From the sequence record NC_070871.1: DNA of 64,000 bases; one strand, 5' to 3'. How positions within the stretch are numbered: position 1 is the stretch's first letter; each line of letters opens with the position of its first letter. The position numbers were made by a program, and so were the translations under genes. The DNA comes from Escherichia phage PGN829.1. The notes below the pieces were generated by a model, which made no database searches, was not told the DNA's origin, and was given only the letters and a program-made list of their open reading frames with translations. Of this stretch, positions 37,646 through 47,466 are shown piece by piece.

Positions 37646-38866
37646 ATGACTACGGAAGCTGCAACCACAGCTTCCGACATTCTCGCAATGTCGGATGATG
37701 AGATTCTGAATATGGAAGCCCCAGCAGTTATCGCTGAGGGAGATACTTCCACTCAGAACAACCCAGAAACCAACGGCGTACAGGCTCCTGATGAAGAAGT
37801 TGACACCTCTGCTGTTGAAGACCTACCAACCGAAGAAGCCTCCCCTGAAACCGAACCAGTTGAAGAAGATGAAGCAAATTCTTTAACTTCTGATAAAGTT
37901 GATGATAAAGTTGTTGACACAGAAGTTGATAGTAACGGTAAGCCGATTACTAAAGCTGAACCTTCTACTGCTGAACCAGGCCAGGAACAGAAAGAAGAAG
38001 GCAAACAGTCTGAAGGTCTGCCTGCTGACTTCAACTATAAGGAAGGTTACGAGAAGTTGATGGCTCCTTTTAAAGCTAACGGCAAAATGATTACTCCCCG
38101 TTCACCGGAGGAGGCCATTAGCCTAATGCAGATGGGTGCTAACTATACTCGCAAAATGCAAGAACTACAGCCATACCGTAAGGTAATGCTGATGTTACAG
38201 AACAACGGTTTAATGGATGAGGACAAACTTTCTTTCCTGATTGACCTGGATAAGAAGAATCCTGAGGCTATTAAGAAGTTGCTCAAAGACTCTGGTACAG
38301 ACCCTCTGGATTTTAACCCAGATGAGGAAATTAACTACCAGGGTGGCAATCACCGTGTTACCGACACCGAAGCAGATTTTGCAACCGAAATTGACGACTT
38401 AAAGTCTACTCAAGAAGGACAAGCTACATTAGGTGTTATTGGCTCGACATGGGATGCTGCCAGTAAAGATGCTCTTTATCAGAATCGTGGCTTACTCCAT
38501 ACGATTCACGAACAGCGTGAGAATGGTATTTATGACACCATTGCTAACGAAGTGAATCGTCTTCAAATGTTAGGTCAGATTCCGGTAGGTACTCCGTTTA
38601 TTCAGGCTTATAACTACGTTGGTAATCTCCTTGCACAACAGGGAGCATTTAACCAAGTAGCTAAGCCTGAACCGGTACAAGCAGTTAAACCAGCAGTTCA
38701 GCCGGTAGTGCGTGTAGCACAACCTAAGCAGACTCTGGCTAACAACGAGCAAGCTAAAGCAGCTTCCCTTAATCGGGCTGCTACACGCAAAGCAACACCT
38801 ATTGTAAACCCACTCGCCATGAGTGATGAAGATTTCGCTAAACTCCCAGTACCGGGTAGTCTTTAA
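37646..38866 (+). CDS. putative scaffolding protein
   Basis: 406 aa; very acidic N-terminus (PETEPVEEDEANS...); directly upstream of MCP. Confidence 0.45.
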   Translation: MTTEAATTASDILAMSDDEILNMEAPAVIAEGDTSTQNNPETNGVQAPDEEVDTSAVEDLPTEEASPETEPVEEDEANSLTSDKVDDKVVDTEVDSNGKPITKAEPSTAEPGQEQKEEGKQSEGLPADFNYKEGYEKLMAPFKANGKMITPRSPEEAISLMQMGANYTRKMQELQPYRKVMLMLQNNGLMDEDKLSFLIDLDKKNPEAIKKLLKDSGTDPLDFNPDEEINYQGGNHRVTDTEADFATEIDDLKSTQEGQATLGVIGSTWDAASKDALYQNRGLLHTIHEQRENGIYDTIANEVNRLQMLGQIPVGTPFIQAYNYVGNLLAQQGAFNQVAKPEPVQAVKPAVQPVVRVAQPKQTLANNEQAKAASLNRAATRKATPIVNPLAMSDEDFAKLPVPGSL

Positions 38867-38882
38867 ACAGGAATAATACGAT

Positions 38883-40085
38883 ATGTTAAACTATAACGCT
38901 CCAATTGACGGTCAGAAATCTAGCATTGATGGTGCTGGTTCCGATCAGATGAATACCTTTTACTGGCTGAAGAAAGCTATTATTCAGTCTCGTAAAGACC
39001 AGTACTTCATGCCACTGGCTAACACCATTAACATGCCGAAGAACTACGGTAAGACTGTTAAGGTGTATGAGTACGTTCCTCTGCTCGACGATAAGAACAT
39101 TAACGACCAGGGTATTGATGCTAATGGTGCTACCATCGTTAATGGTAACCTGTATGGTTCTTCTAAAGACGTTGGTAACATCACTTCCAAACTGCCTCTG
39201 CTGACAGAGAACGGTGGTCGTGTTAACCGTGTAGGCTTTACCCGTCTGTCTCGTGAAGGCTCCATCCATAAGTTCGGTTTCTTCTACGAATTTACCCAAG
39301 AGTCCCTGGACTTTGATTCCGATGACCAACTGAAAGAACACCTGTCCCGTGAACTGATGAATGGTGCTGTACAGTTGACTGAAGCTGTTCTCCAGAAAGA
39401 CCTGCTGGCTGCTGCTGGTACTGTACTGTATGCTGGTGCTGCTACCTCTGATGCTACCATCACTGGTGAAGGTTCTACCCCGTCTGTAGTTTCTTATAAG
39501 AACCTGATGCGTCTTGACCAGATTCTTACTGAGAACCGTACCCCGACTCAGACCACTATCATCACTGGTTCTAAACTGACCGATACCAAAGTACTTGGTG
39601 GTACTCGTGTAATGTACGTTGGTTCTGAACTGGTTCCAGAACTGAAAGCGATGAAAGACCTGTTCGGTAATAAAGCATTCATCGAAATTCAGCATTATGC
39701 TGATGCCGGTACTCTGATGAATGGTGAAGTTGGTTGTATCGACAAGTTCCGTATTATCCAGGTTCCTGAGATGCTGCATTGGGCAGGTGCTGGTGCTCAG
39801 GCTACTTCTAACCCGGGCTACCGTTCTTCTATGGTTGATGGTCAGGAACACTACGACGTATTCCCGATGCTGGTAGTTGGTGATGACTCCTTCTCTACCA
39901 TTGGCTTCCAGACTGATGGTAAGTCTGTTAAGTTCTCCATCATGACTAAGATGCCTGGTAAAGAAACTGCTGACCGTAATGACCCGTATGGTGAAACTGG
40001 TTTCAGTTCTATCAAGTGGTACTACGGTATTCTGGTTAAACGTCCAGAACGTCTGGCTCTGATTAAGACTGTTGCTCCTCTGTAA
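38883..40085 (+). CDS. major capsid protein (N4 gp56-like)
   Basis: 400 aa (N4 MCP about 401 aa); host-optimised codon usage suggesting high expression; strong terminator immediately after. Confidence 0.65.
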   Translation: MLNYNAPIDGQKSSIDGAGSDQMNTFYWLKKAIIQSRKDQYFMPLANTINMPKNYGKTVKVYEYVPLLDDKNINDQGIDANGATIVNGNLYGSSKDVGNITSKLPLLTENGGRVNRVGFTRLSREGSIHKFGFFYEFTQESLDFDSDDQLKEHLSRELMNGAVQLTEAVLQKDLLAAAGTVLYAGAATSDATITGEGSTPSVVSYKNLMRLDQILTENRTPTQTTIITGSKLTDTKVLGGTRVMYVGSELVPELKAMKDLFGNKAFIEIQHYADAGTLMNGEVGCIDKFRIIQVPEMLHWAGAGAQATSNPGYRSSMVDGQEHYDVFPMLVVGDDSFSTIGFQTDGKSVKFSIMTKMPGKETADRNDPYGETGFSSIKWYYGILVKRPERLALIKTVAPL

Positions 40086-40103
40086 TAGTCCGAAATAAAA
40101 CAA

Positions 40104-40128
40104 GGGGGACATTAGTCCCCCTCTTAAT
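40104..40128 (+). terminator. intrinsic terminator after the major capsid gene
   Basis: 7-bp stem GGGGGAC/GTCCCCC, ATTA loop, then TCTTAATAAAA. Confidence 0.5.
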
Positions 40129-40152
40129 AAAACTAAATGAACCACAGGAAAT

Positions 40153-40794
40153 ATGAACATGAGCATTAACGATAAACCGACCGCTGACGTAGAAGTAAAC
40201 GTACAGGGCAACGAAGATACCGTTAACGATATTGCAATGCCTAGTGAACTTGAAGTTCTTAAGCAACGTGCAACGTTGATGAATATCAAGTTCTCTAACA
40301 ACATCTCCGTTGAAAAACTTCGTGAAAAAATTGAAGCAGCACAAGTAAAAGATGAACCAGTAGTAGAAGAAGCTGCTGTTAATCCGCTTGGTGAAAAACA
40401 GGAAGCTGGTGTTAAGAAGATGACTCTTGGTCAAAAGATTCGTGCAGAACAGACTCGACTGATTCGTGTACGTATCCAGAACCTTGACCCTAAGAAGAAA
40501 GACCTACCAGGTGAGATTATCACCGTAGCTAACGAATATATGGGTACTGTGCGTAAGTTTGTTCCATTCGGTGAAGTAACCGACAATGGTTATCACATTC
40601 CGTATTGTATCTACGAGTTCCTTAAAGAGCGTAAGTTCATCAACATTACGACCCGTAAAGGTAAGAATGGCTTACCGGATATTCGTGCAACTGAAGCACG
40701 AGAGTTCTCCATTGAGGTACTGCCTCCGTTGACTGAAGCTGAATTAGCTCAACTAGCTCAGGCACAGATTGCTGCTGGTAGCCTGAACGATTAA
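40153..40794 (+). CDS. virion structural protein
   Basis: 213-aa ORF downstream of MCP. Confidence 0.35.
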   Translation: MNMSINDKPTADVEVNVQGNEDTVNDIAMPSELEVLKQRATLMNIKFSNNISVEKLREKIEAAQVKDEPVVEEAAVNPLGEKQEAGVKKMTLGQKIRAEQTRLIRVRIQNLDPKKKDLPGEIITVANEYMGTVRKFVPFGEVTDNGYHIPYCIYEFLKERKFINITTRKGKNGLPDIRATEAREFSIEVLPPLTEAELAQLAQAQIAAGSLND

Positions 40795-40864
40795 CGTATA
40801 AGCTACAGTTCAACACGGCTCACTGGGGTAACTCCGTGGGCCGTTTCTTTTTGAACCAAGAGGA

Positions 40865-41707
40865 ATGATTATGTCTTGTTCTGCTGAGGTAGAAGCTAAC
40901 CGACTCCTAGAAGAGTTGACTAAGGGTGATGACTTTACCCTTCCCGATGTTGATATGACTGGTCCCGAATGGGATATCCCAGGTGGGGATGATTCTCCAA
41001 TCTTTGGTGCTATTGATAAAATATCCAATGAATCCCTTACTACCCGTGAAGTAGGTGGTAGTGGTACGTTTGATGCATTAATGGAATCTGCACATAATCA
41101 CCTTAAAGCTGAGTTTAAAGCTAACCGTATTACCGGTGGTGAATATACCAAAGCATACATTGCTATGATGGAATCTTGCATGAGCAATGCTGTTCAGTTC
41201 TTACTTGGTCGTGACCAGGCATACTGGGCTGCTGCTATGGCACAGATTCAGGCAGTTACTGCTCGTGTTCAACTGGCAACTTCTAAGGCACAGTTTGTGC
41301 TGGCTAAGATTCAGGCACTGTCTGCTAAGAGTGAATATGCTCTTACTAAGATGAAGATTGCTACTGAGTCTGAAACATACTGTGCTGCACTGTTTAATGC
41401 TAACCAGATGTTACCTCAACAGCTTAAATTGCTTACTGAGCAGACTGAAGCACAACGTGCACAGACACTTGATACCCGTAGTGATGGAGCTACTGTTACT
41501 GGTTCTGTAGGTAAACAGAAAGAGTTGTACTCACAACAGATTACTTCTTATCAACGTGATGCAGAGGTTAAAGCATCTAAGCTGTTTACTGATGCATGGA
41601 TTACTCAGAAGACTATTGATGAAGGCTTGAATCCACCAAATGGTTTCACTAACGCAAGTATTGATACCATTCTGACCAAGCTGAAGTCTAACAACGGGCT
41701 GAACTAA
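40865..41707 (+). CDS. virion structural protein
   Basis: 280-aa ORF, coiled-coil-rich (AQ-rich heptads). Confidence 0.35.
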   Translation: MIMSCSAEVEANRLLEELTKGDDFTLPDVDMTGPEWDIPGGDDSPIFGAIDKISNESLTTREVGGSGTFDALMESAHNHLKAEFKANRITGGEYTKAYIAMMESCMSNAVQFLLGRDQAYWAAAMAQIQAVTARVQLATSKAQFVLAKIQALSAKSEYALTKMKIATESETYCAALFNANQMLPQQLKLLTEQTEAQRAQTLDTRSDGATVTGSVGKQKELYSQQITSYQRDAEVKASKLFTDAWITQKTIDEGLNPPNGFTNASIDTILTKLKSNNGLN

Positions 41708-41708
41708 T

Positions 41709-44363
41709 ATGGGCTTATTCAGTGGGAAGACCAAAGTATACGTAGCATCCTCTGTCTATAACATGGCAGGGGATATACATAAACGCCCTAACTATATGAA
41801 GACTGTAGTTATAGGTAATATTGTTTCCAATACAGGATTCACTATGGCAGATACTATCTCTGATAGTTATCTGAATGGGCCAGGTATTCGTATGCGACTG
41901 TTCTCCAGCTGGAGTAAGAACCACTATGATTCAGTAGTTGGTATGGCTGGTTCTTCATTGGGTGTATTGGCTAAGATTGACCCTACCGTTATAGAGGGTC
42001 AAATTACACCCCCTGCTGGTGAATCAGTCTATGTTCAGGCAGCAGAGATTGGCTTTGCTGACTTTGAGCAATGGTGTGACCAGTATCTTTATGAGAATGC
42101 TCCAAGTCGAATCATGGAACGATTCGACATAGATATTGATGAAGATACTAATGAAATCACTATGACCTCCTTAGATGGAGGCTCTACTATTACATTCACA
42201 CCTACTAACTTTGAACCAGGTGCTTTATATCTCTATGCTGATTACTCATTCTATAAGTCCCCTTCTACTAATCCTCCGGTAGTAGGACCGACTACTGTCT
42301 ATGATGATGAGGATGACTTACCTTCCACTTTGTTATGGACTACCGTCTCAAGTGATACGACGGCTAACACAACCAATCTTACTAAGACTATACATACTCA
42401 TTCTGTTTACTCTGATGGCAGACCGGATGAAGACAGTACTGTCACAGAACCAAGTGTGGATAACTGGAACTCTTACGTTAAAGTTTATCGTAGAGGATTC
42501 ACTGAGAAACCCGATGATGTGACTGTAGTTGTATCTGACAGGGTAATGACTCATACAAAATTTGGTGAGATTCAATCCAGTACTTCTGTAACTACTAATG
42601 TGGTTGATATAGGTGGAGGTGTTACTCGTACAGATACAATCACTACAACCACAGAGACACTGGTTCGTAAGTACTCATCCCAGACTACCCGTACTGATAC
42701 CGAGATGACTGCTGTTAGTACACCTAAAATGCTTATTTATAAGCAGAACTCCGGTAACGTTGCACTGGATTCTTTGTTCGAGACTGAAGCTACTGATAAC
42801 CGATTCTACCCATTCATTCCAATCAGGAATGATAAACAATGGGTAGAGAATGACCCAATCTACCCTCACTGTAAGAAAGCCCTTTATAAAGCTACTGGTG
42901 GAAAAATTGATAAAGTAGTCACAGAGCTTAAGAAGAATGATGATATAGGAGATATTCAGTACATCTATGGTTCATTCGGTGTATCCCTTAATACTCCTGA
43001 GGATACTGCTAAGGAATATATCTACCGTTTCTTTCAGATGGCTACTGAAGCATTCCCACCTGACCCAACCTACCCAACACTGGAAGCAGTGATTGCAGGC
43101 TATCAGGCAGCAAACGATGCAGTTGATGCATACGTAGAATGGTGGAACAGGCAGGAAGGTCAGATTGTTGGAACACCTCCACCATTACCAGAATACCCAG
43201 TCATACCTAAGCGTGAGTTTAGGGTACATAGTAATAAGCAATACAAGTACGATATGACTATTGGCTGGAACTATGTATCTGAAACTACCCATTCAGGACA
43301 AGCATGGTCTGGTGCTAAGCAAGGACAACTTCGAGCCAGATATGCGGGAGATATAACGCTTACTCGTAAGAACATACGTACTGCTAGTAACTCTGGTTCA
43401 GTTAAGAAGTTGGAAGTTACTACTACATTTTACTCTATGCAGGAGTATGAGTTACTTTGGCAGGATGGTAATGACACTTACCGTAAACTTAGAGTATTGG
43501 GTCTAAACCACAATAACAGGGTATATAAGAATAAGTCAGTGCATATTGACGTTGCCGAAGCAATGGGGGATGCAGAGGAGAGTGGGTTCATTATCCCGCT
43601 GCACACCAATATTTACCGTTCAATGTCACTGGTTCGTAGTACACAGCTGTCTACTGCCTGTTCCTACTTAGTGATGAACTCATATAAGAAAGTTAAGCAG
43701 AAGTGGTACACAACATCTGCCTTTAAGATTGTGGTTGTTGTAGTTGCTGTCGTTGTATCTGTATTTACTATGGGTGCTGGTGGTGCAGGTATTCTTGGGG
43801 CATACGGTGCAGTTGGTGCATCCCTGGGTTTTGTTGGATTAGCTGCTGTAATAGTTGGTGCTGTAGCAAACGCAATTGCTGCAATGATTCTGGTATCTAT
43901 TATCACAAAAGTATCCACTTCATTGTTCGGTGATAAGCTAGGTTTTATCATTGCTGCTATTGCCTCAATGGTAGCCATGAACGTTGGTACTGCTTTGTCT
44001 ACTGGTACATCCTTATCCTCCCTAGCTGGTGAAATGATGAATGCTCAAAACATCATGCAGCTTACCAGTTCGGTAGGTAATGGTATTAGTCAGTATATTA
44101 ATGCATCCACGGCTGCTACTATTCAGAAAGCAGAGAATATAATGCAGCAGTACAATACTGATATGATGGCAATCAATAAGCAGTATGAAGAAATGTTTGG
44201 TACTGCTGGACAGGGTGTGATTGACCCCATGCAATTCGTGTCAATGGAGTCGTTGGATTCATTCTTGTCACGTACTCTCATGACTGGTTCAGATATAGCT
44301 GACTTGTCCTTAGACATGGTTGGCAACTACTCTGATATGACTCTTAATACTGACCTTGTTTAA
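41709..44363 (+). CDS. large internal virion protein with C-terminal multi-helix Gly/Ala-rich membrane region (candidate ejection/channel protein)
   Basis: 884 aa; C-terminal VVVVVAVVVSVFTMGAGGAGILGAYGAVGASLGFVGLAAVIVGAVANAIAAMILV... hydrophobic bundle. Confidence 0.4.
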   Translation: MGLFSGKTKVYVASSVYNMAGDIHKRPNYMKTVVIGNIVSNTGFTMADTISDSYLNGPGIRMRLFSSWSKNHYDSVVGMAGSSLGVLAKIDPTVIEGQITPPAGESVYVQAAEIGFADFEQWCDQYLYENAPSRIMERFDIDIDEDTNEITMTSLDGGSTITFTPTNFEPGALYLYADYSFYKSPSTNPPVVGPTTVYDDEDDLPSTLLWTTVSSDTTANTTNLTKTIHTHSVYSDGRPDEDSTVTEPSVDNWNSYVKVYRRGFTEKPDDVTVVVSDRVMTHTKFGEIQSSTSVTTNVVDIGGGVTRTDTITTTTETLVRKYSSQTTRTDTEMTAVSTPKMLIYKQNSGNVALDSLFETEATDNRFYPFIPIRNDKQWVENDPIYPHCKKALYKATGGKIDKVVTELKKNDDIGDIQYIYGSFGVSLNTPEDTAKEYIYRFFQMATEAFPPDPTYPTLEAVIAGYQAANDAVDAYVEWWNRQEGQIVGTPPPLPEYPVIPKREFRVHSNKQYKYDMTIGWNYVSETTHSGQAWSGAKQGQLRARYAGDITLTRKNIRTASNSGSVKKLEVTTTFYSMQEYELLWQDGNDTYRKLRVLGLNHNNRVYKNKSVHIDVAEAMGDAEESGFIIPLHTNIYRSMSLVRSTQLSTACSYLVMNSYKKVKQKWYTTSAFKIVVVVVAVVVSVFTMGAGGAGILGAYGAVGASLGFVGLAAVIVGAVANAIAAMILVSIITKVSTSLFGDKLGFIIAAIASMVAMNVGTALSTGTSLSSLAGEMMNAQNIMQLTSSVGNGISQYINASTAATIQKAENIMQQYNTDMMAINKQYEEMFGTAGQGVIDPMQFVSMESLDSFLSRTLMTGSDIADLSLDMVGNYSDMTLNTDLV

Positions 44364-44820
44364 CAGGAGAATCCCCATGGATTTGTCATTCTTAACAGGC
44401 AACCCAACTCCACAGCCAGCTGCTATGTCTTGGATGCCTAATAACAATCAGAACTTTAATACCCCGACTATGAACTATAACCCAGGTGCAACTATTGGTA
44501 TGGGGGCAAATACAGGAGTAGCCTCCCCTACTTCTTTCCTGTCTGGTTCAGCTGATCAGTTGGGATTGAATGTACCTACCTTCCAGTTAGGCTTGGGTGC
44601 ACTTGGTTCATTAGCTAATATCTACAGTGGTTTCCAGGCTAATAAGTTAGCCAAAGACCAGTTGAACTTTACCAAAAGTGTTACTAACACTAACCTGAAT
44701 AACCAGATTAAGTCTTATAACACTGCACTGGAAGACCGTGCTCGTAGTCGTGCTACGGCAGAAAACCGTGACCAGTCTACTGCTGATGCTTATATTGCAG
44801 CTAATAAACTAACTCGTTAA
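44356..44820 (+). CDS. virion protein
   Basis: 154-aa ORF overlapping the upstream stop by 8 nt. Confidence 0.35.
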   Translation: MFNRRIPMDLSFLTGNPTPQPAAMSWMPNNNQNFNTPTMNYNPGATIGMGANTGVASPTSFLSGSADQLGLNVPTFQLGLGALGSLANIYSGFQANKLAKDQLNFTKSVTNTNLNNQIKSYNTALEDRARSRATAENRDQSTADAYIAANKLTR

Positions 44821-44892
44821 TAGGAAACCATCATGGCTCATTGAGTTTTGGGTATTGTTTAGTTAGTATGTGCCAATACTAGGAGAACTGCT

Positions 44893-45429
44893 ATGAAACA
44901 ATATCCAAACTCAAATATTAACGTTCAGTGGAAACCTGCTCATATGGTTAATTCTGGCTGCAAATTTTCTACTAAAACCGAAGATGGTAGTAAGACATGC
45001 TCTGCATACATAAGATGGTGGGGTATGTTTATGCGGTGTTACAATCCTACCAATCCTGGTTATCCTCAATATGGTGCTAAAGGAGTTGTTGTTAGCAAAG
45101 AGTGGGGTAACTACCAAGACTTTGCTCAATGGTACTATGATTCCTGTTTTCTTTTAGGCATTGATCCGGAAAACAATAACTTCCAACTGGATAAAGATAA
45201 TGGGCCTGTCCCTGAGTATAGTCCAAAAGTTTGTAAACTAGTCCCAGTGTCTGACAATGTAGCTAAGGCTAATAGTAAATCACACTGGTACATAAACCCC
45301 AATGGTGACATTGTGGAAATCATTAATTTAAACAAATTCTGCCGTGAGCATGGGTTAAGTCGCAAACAAATGTATCGTTTGCGGGATGGAACTTGTGAAT
45401 CTCACCGAGGATGGAGGCTTTACGTATGA
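44893..45429 (+). CDS. homing-endonuclease-like protein (paralog of the 15111-15704 product) inserted in the late operon
   Basis: 178 aa; shares W..M.RC, F..W and LDKDN...P.NCK-like motifs with the 197-aa product; Cys/His-rich. Confidence 0.4.
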   Translation: MKQYPNSNINVQWKPAHMVNSGCKFSTKTEDGSKTCSAYIRWWGMFMRCYNPTNPGYPQYGAKGVVVSKEWGNYQDFAQWYYDSCFLLGIDPENNNFQLDKDNGPVPEYSPKVCKLVPVSDNVAKANSKSHWYINPNGDIVEIINLNKFCREHGLSRKQMYRLRDGTCESHRGWRLYV

Positions 45430-47390
45430 GTCAGATAACCTGGCGTAATGTTGATGCACCTAACTTTTCTGGAGTTGGTGACAGCATTCGCACATTTGGC
45501 AATATGATTGGTAACGCTACCTCCGGCTTAAGTGATGCACTGGGTAATTTCCAGAACGCTGCTAAGCAGGAGGCTGGCAATGCCGTCATGATGAATGCTA
45601 TGCAATACCAAGACCCTACTGAGTATCGTAATGCTTTGGCATCTGGTGCATTGTTCCAGGGGGTTGACCCTTCACTTGTAAGTCAACGCACTCTCCAGAA
45701 TCTGGATGAGCGAGCAGGTACTCTTCTGACTCAGCAAGGTCAGCAGGGAGCCAATGACTACAATGCTTATCGTTTTGGTCGTTTACAGGACACTGACTCT
45801 GCATTAGATAATGCATCCCCAGCTATTCGTTTATTGTCTGAGGCTTATCAGTCTGGTGACCAGAATCGTATTAATGCTGCACTGGGTCAGACACGAGAGG
45901 CATTATCGGCACTCCCTGCTGACCAACAGTTGGAGATGTTAGGACGTCTTCAAGGTCAAGGTGGTGCTGCTATTAACCAAGCACAAAACCGTTTTGATTT
46001 GGGTGTGGCTCAACGTAACGATGCGGATAGTCAGGCTGCTTTAGGTGTAATGTCACAAATTACCCGTGGTGCTGAGAACCCCAATGATGCTCGTTTGTTG
46101 GCAGAAGCATATAGTAAGAACCTTTCCCCTGTTGCACAGGCACGTTTACAGGAAATGCTTGCTCGTGCATACCCGGGTGTTTACGGCAATAATGTTGGTG
46201 CTACATCCGCTCCCGGTACTGCTGGTACTCGTCAGGGTTCTCCTTATGATGTTACTTATCAGTTTGCTGGTACATCTACCCCTATTACTCAAATGAGTAT
46301 TGGTGATGTAATTAAACATCAGGACGTTATGAAGACTAATCAGGGTGCTTCACCTGTTGGTGCATTCCAGATTAACCAAGCTACTCTGCAAGACTTTGCC
46401 CCCAAAGTTCTTGGTTCAGATTGGAAGAATCAGCCTCTTTCCCCTGAGAACCAGGAGAAGATTGGTAAGGCTATCTTCGAGGCTCGTAAGAACGGCAATC
46501 TTAAAGATACCTGGGCTGCTTTACCTAACTCTACCCCAGGTGCTTATAAGGATATGACTTGGGAACAGATTAAACCTGTTATTGCCCAAGCTGAAGTAGG
46601 GGCTGACCCATTTAATCTGACTCAGAATAGTCAAGGGAATCAGGCAGTATCTACCTTGGCTCAGGGTATGATTGGTACTCGCTCTATGCAGGATAATACC
46701 GGTAGTCTTAATACCGATTTCCTGGGTACTGTCACCGATAATACTCCAGTAGGTGAGATTGCTAATCGTCTGCTGGATGGTGACTTTAAGGGTGCTGACC
46801 GTAACTGGGTACTTAACAGATTAACTGATATTTCTCAACGTGGGAATATGTCACCAGCTATGGCTGCTGCTGTTATGCAACGTGCACAGACCGGTGTACC
46901 AGAAGGATACATTAGCCGTGCTATTGATGCGGTTAACCCATTCATTACTAATGAAGCCGGTAATGGTATGCGTCTTAATGACCGTCTGGTAGATCAGTTA
47001 ATTGAGGGTGTACAACGAGGTGAACCACTGGAAGGAAGTGTACGTAATCTTGGGCGTGCTCAAGCTATGCAGAACATTCAGGCAGCACAGACTGCTTATG
47101 ATGCTGCTGTAGCTGCACTGACAAATACCCAGAACAAGATTAACACTGGACAAACTGGACTTACTGCATTGTTACCTGCACGTCAGGAAGCTGTTACTAA
47201 AGCTGCTGCAATGCTTCAAGCTGCACAAGCCCAGGTACAAGCAGACCCAGCTAATCTGGCTCCAAGAGGTTTTCGGTCACAGGCTAGCGTGGACAGAGCA
47301 CGAGCCAAGGAAGATGAAGAACGTGCTGCACGTTACCTACGTCAGGCACAAGGTTTGCCTGAGTATATGCAACCAAGACAAAATCGGTAA
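45426..47390 (+). CDS. internal virion protein (N4 gp51-like by position, immediately upstream of vRNAP)
   Basis: Trimmed to ATG at 45426 (GGAGG SD); Ala/Gln-rich, likely co-injected protein. Confidence 0.4.
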   Translation: MSQITWRNVDAPNFSGVGDSIRTFGNMIGNATSGLSDALGNFQNAAKQEAGNAVMMNAMQYQDPTEYRNALASGALFQGVDPSLVSQRTLQNLDERAGTLLTQQGQQGANDYNAYRFGRLQDTDSALDNASPAIRLLSEAYQSGDQNRINAALGQTREALSALPADQQLEMLGRLQGQGGAAINQAQNRFDLGVAQRNDADSQAALGVMSQITRGAENPNDARLLAEAYSKNLSPVAQARLQEMLARAYPGVYGNNVGATSAPGTAGTRQGSPYDVTYQFAGTSTPITQMSIGDVIKHQDVMKTNQGASPVGAFQINQATLQDFAPKVLGSDWKNQPLSPENQEKIGKAIFEARKNGNLKDTWAALPNSTPGAYKDMTWEQIKPVIAQAEVGADPFNLTQNSQGNQAVSTLAQGMIGTRSMQDNTGSLNTDFLGTVTDNTPVGEIANRLLDGDFKGADRNWVLNRLTDISQRGNMSPAMAAAVMQRAQTGVPEGYISRAIDAVNPFITNEAGNGMRLNDRLVDQLIEGVQRGEPLEGSVRNLGRAQAMQNIQAAQTAYDAAVAALTNTQNKINTGQTGLTALLPARQEAVTKAAAMLQAAQAQVQADPANLAPRGFRSQASVDRARAKEDEERAARYLRQAQGLPEYMQPRQNR

Positions 47391-47398
47391 TACTAATA

Positions 47399-47421
47399 AA
47401 AGCCCTTCGGGGCTTTTTTCT
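47399..47421 (+). terminator. intrinsic terminator/attenuator between internal-protein gene and vRNAP gene
   Basis: Stem AGCCC/GGGCT with TTCG tetraloop followed by TTTTTTC. Confidence 0.5.
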
Positions 47422-47466
47422 TACACAGGCTTACTGTAGAGTAAGCTTCCTATATACGATATAAGT

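Noticed and set aside
38886-40304. 472-aa minus-strand ORF antisense to the major capsid gene
   Set aside because: Fully overlaps the MCP gene, which is co-oriented with its operon and followed by a terminator; the length is a by-product of stop-poor codon usage on the sense strand.
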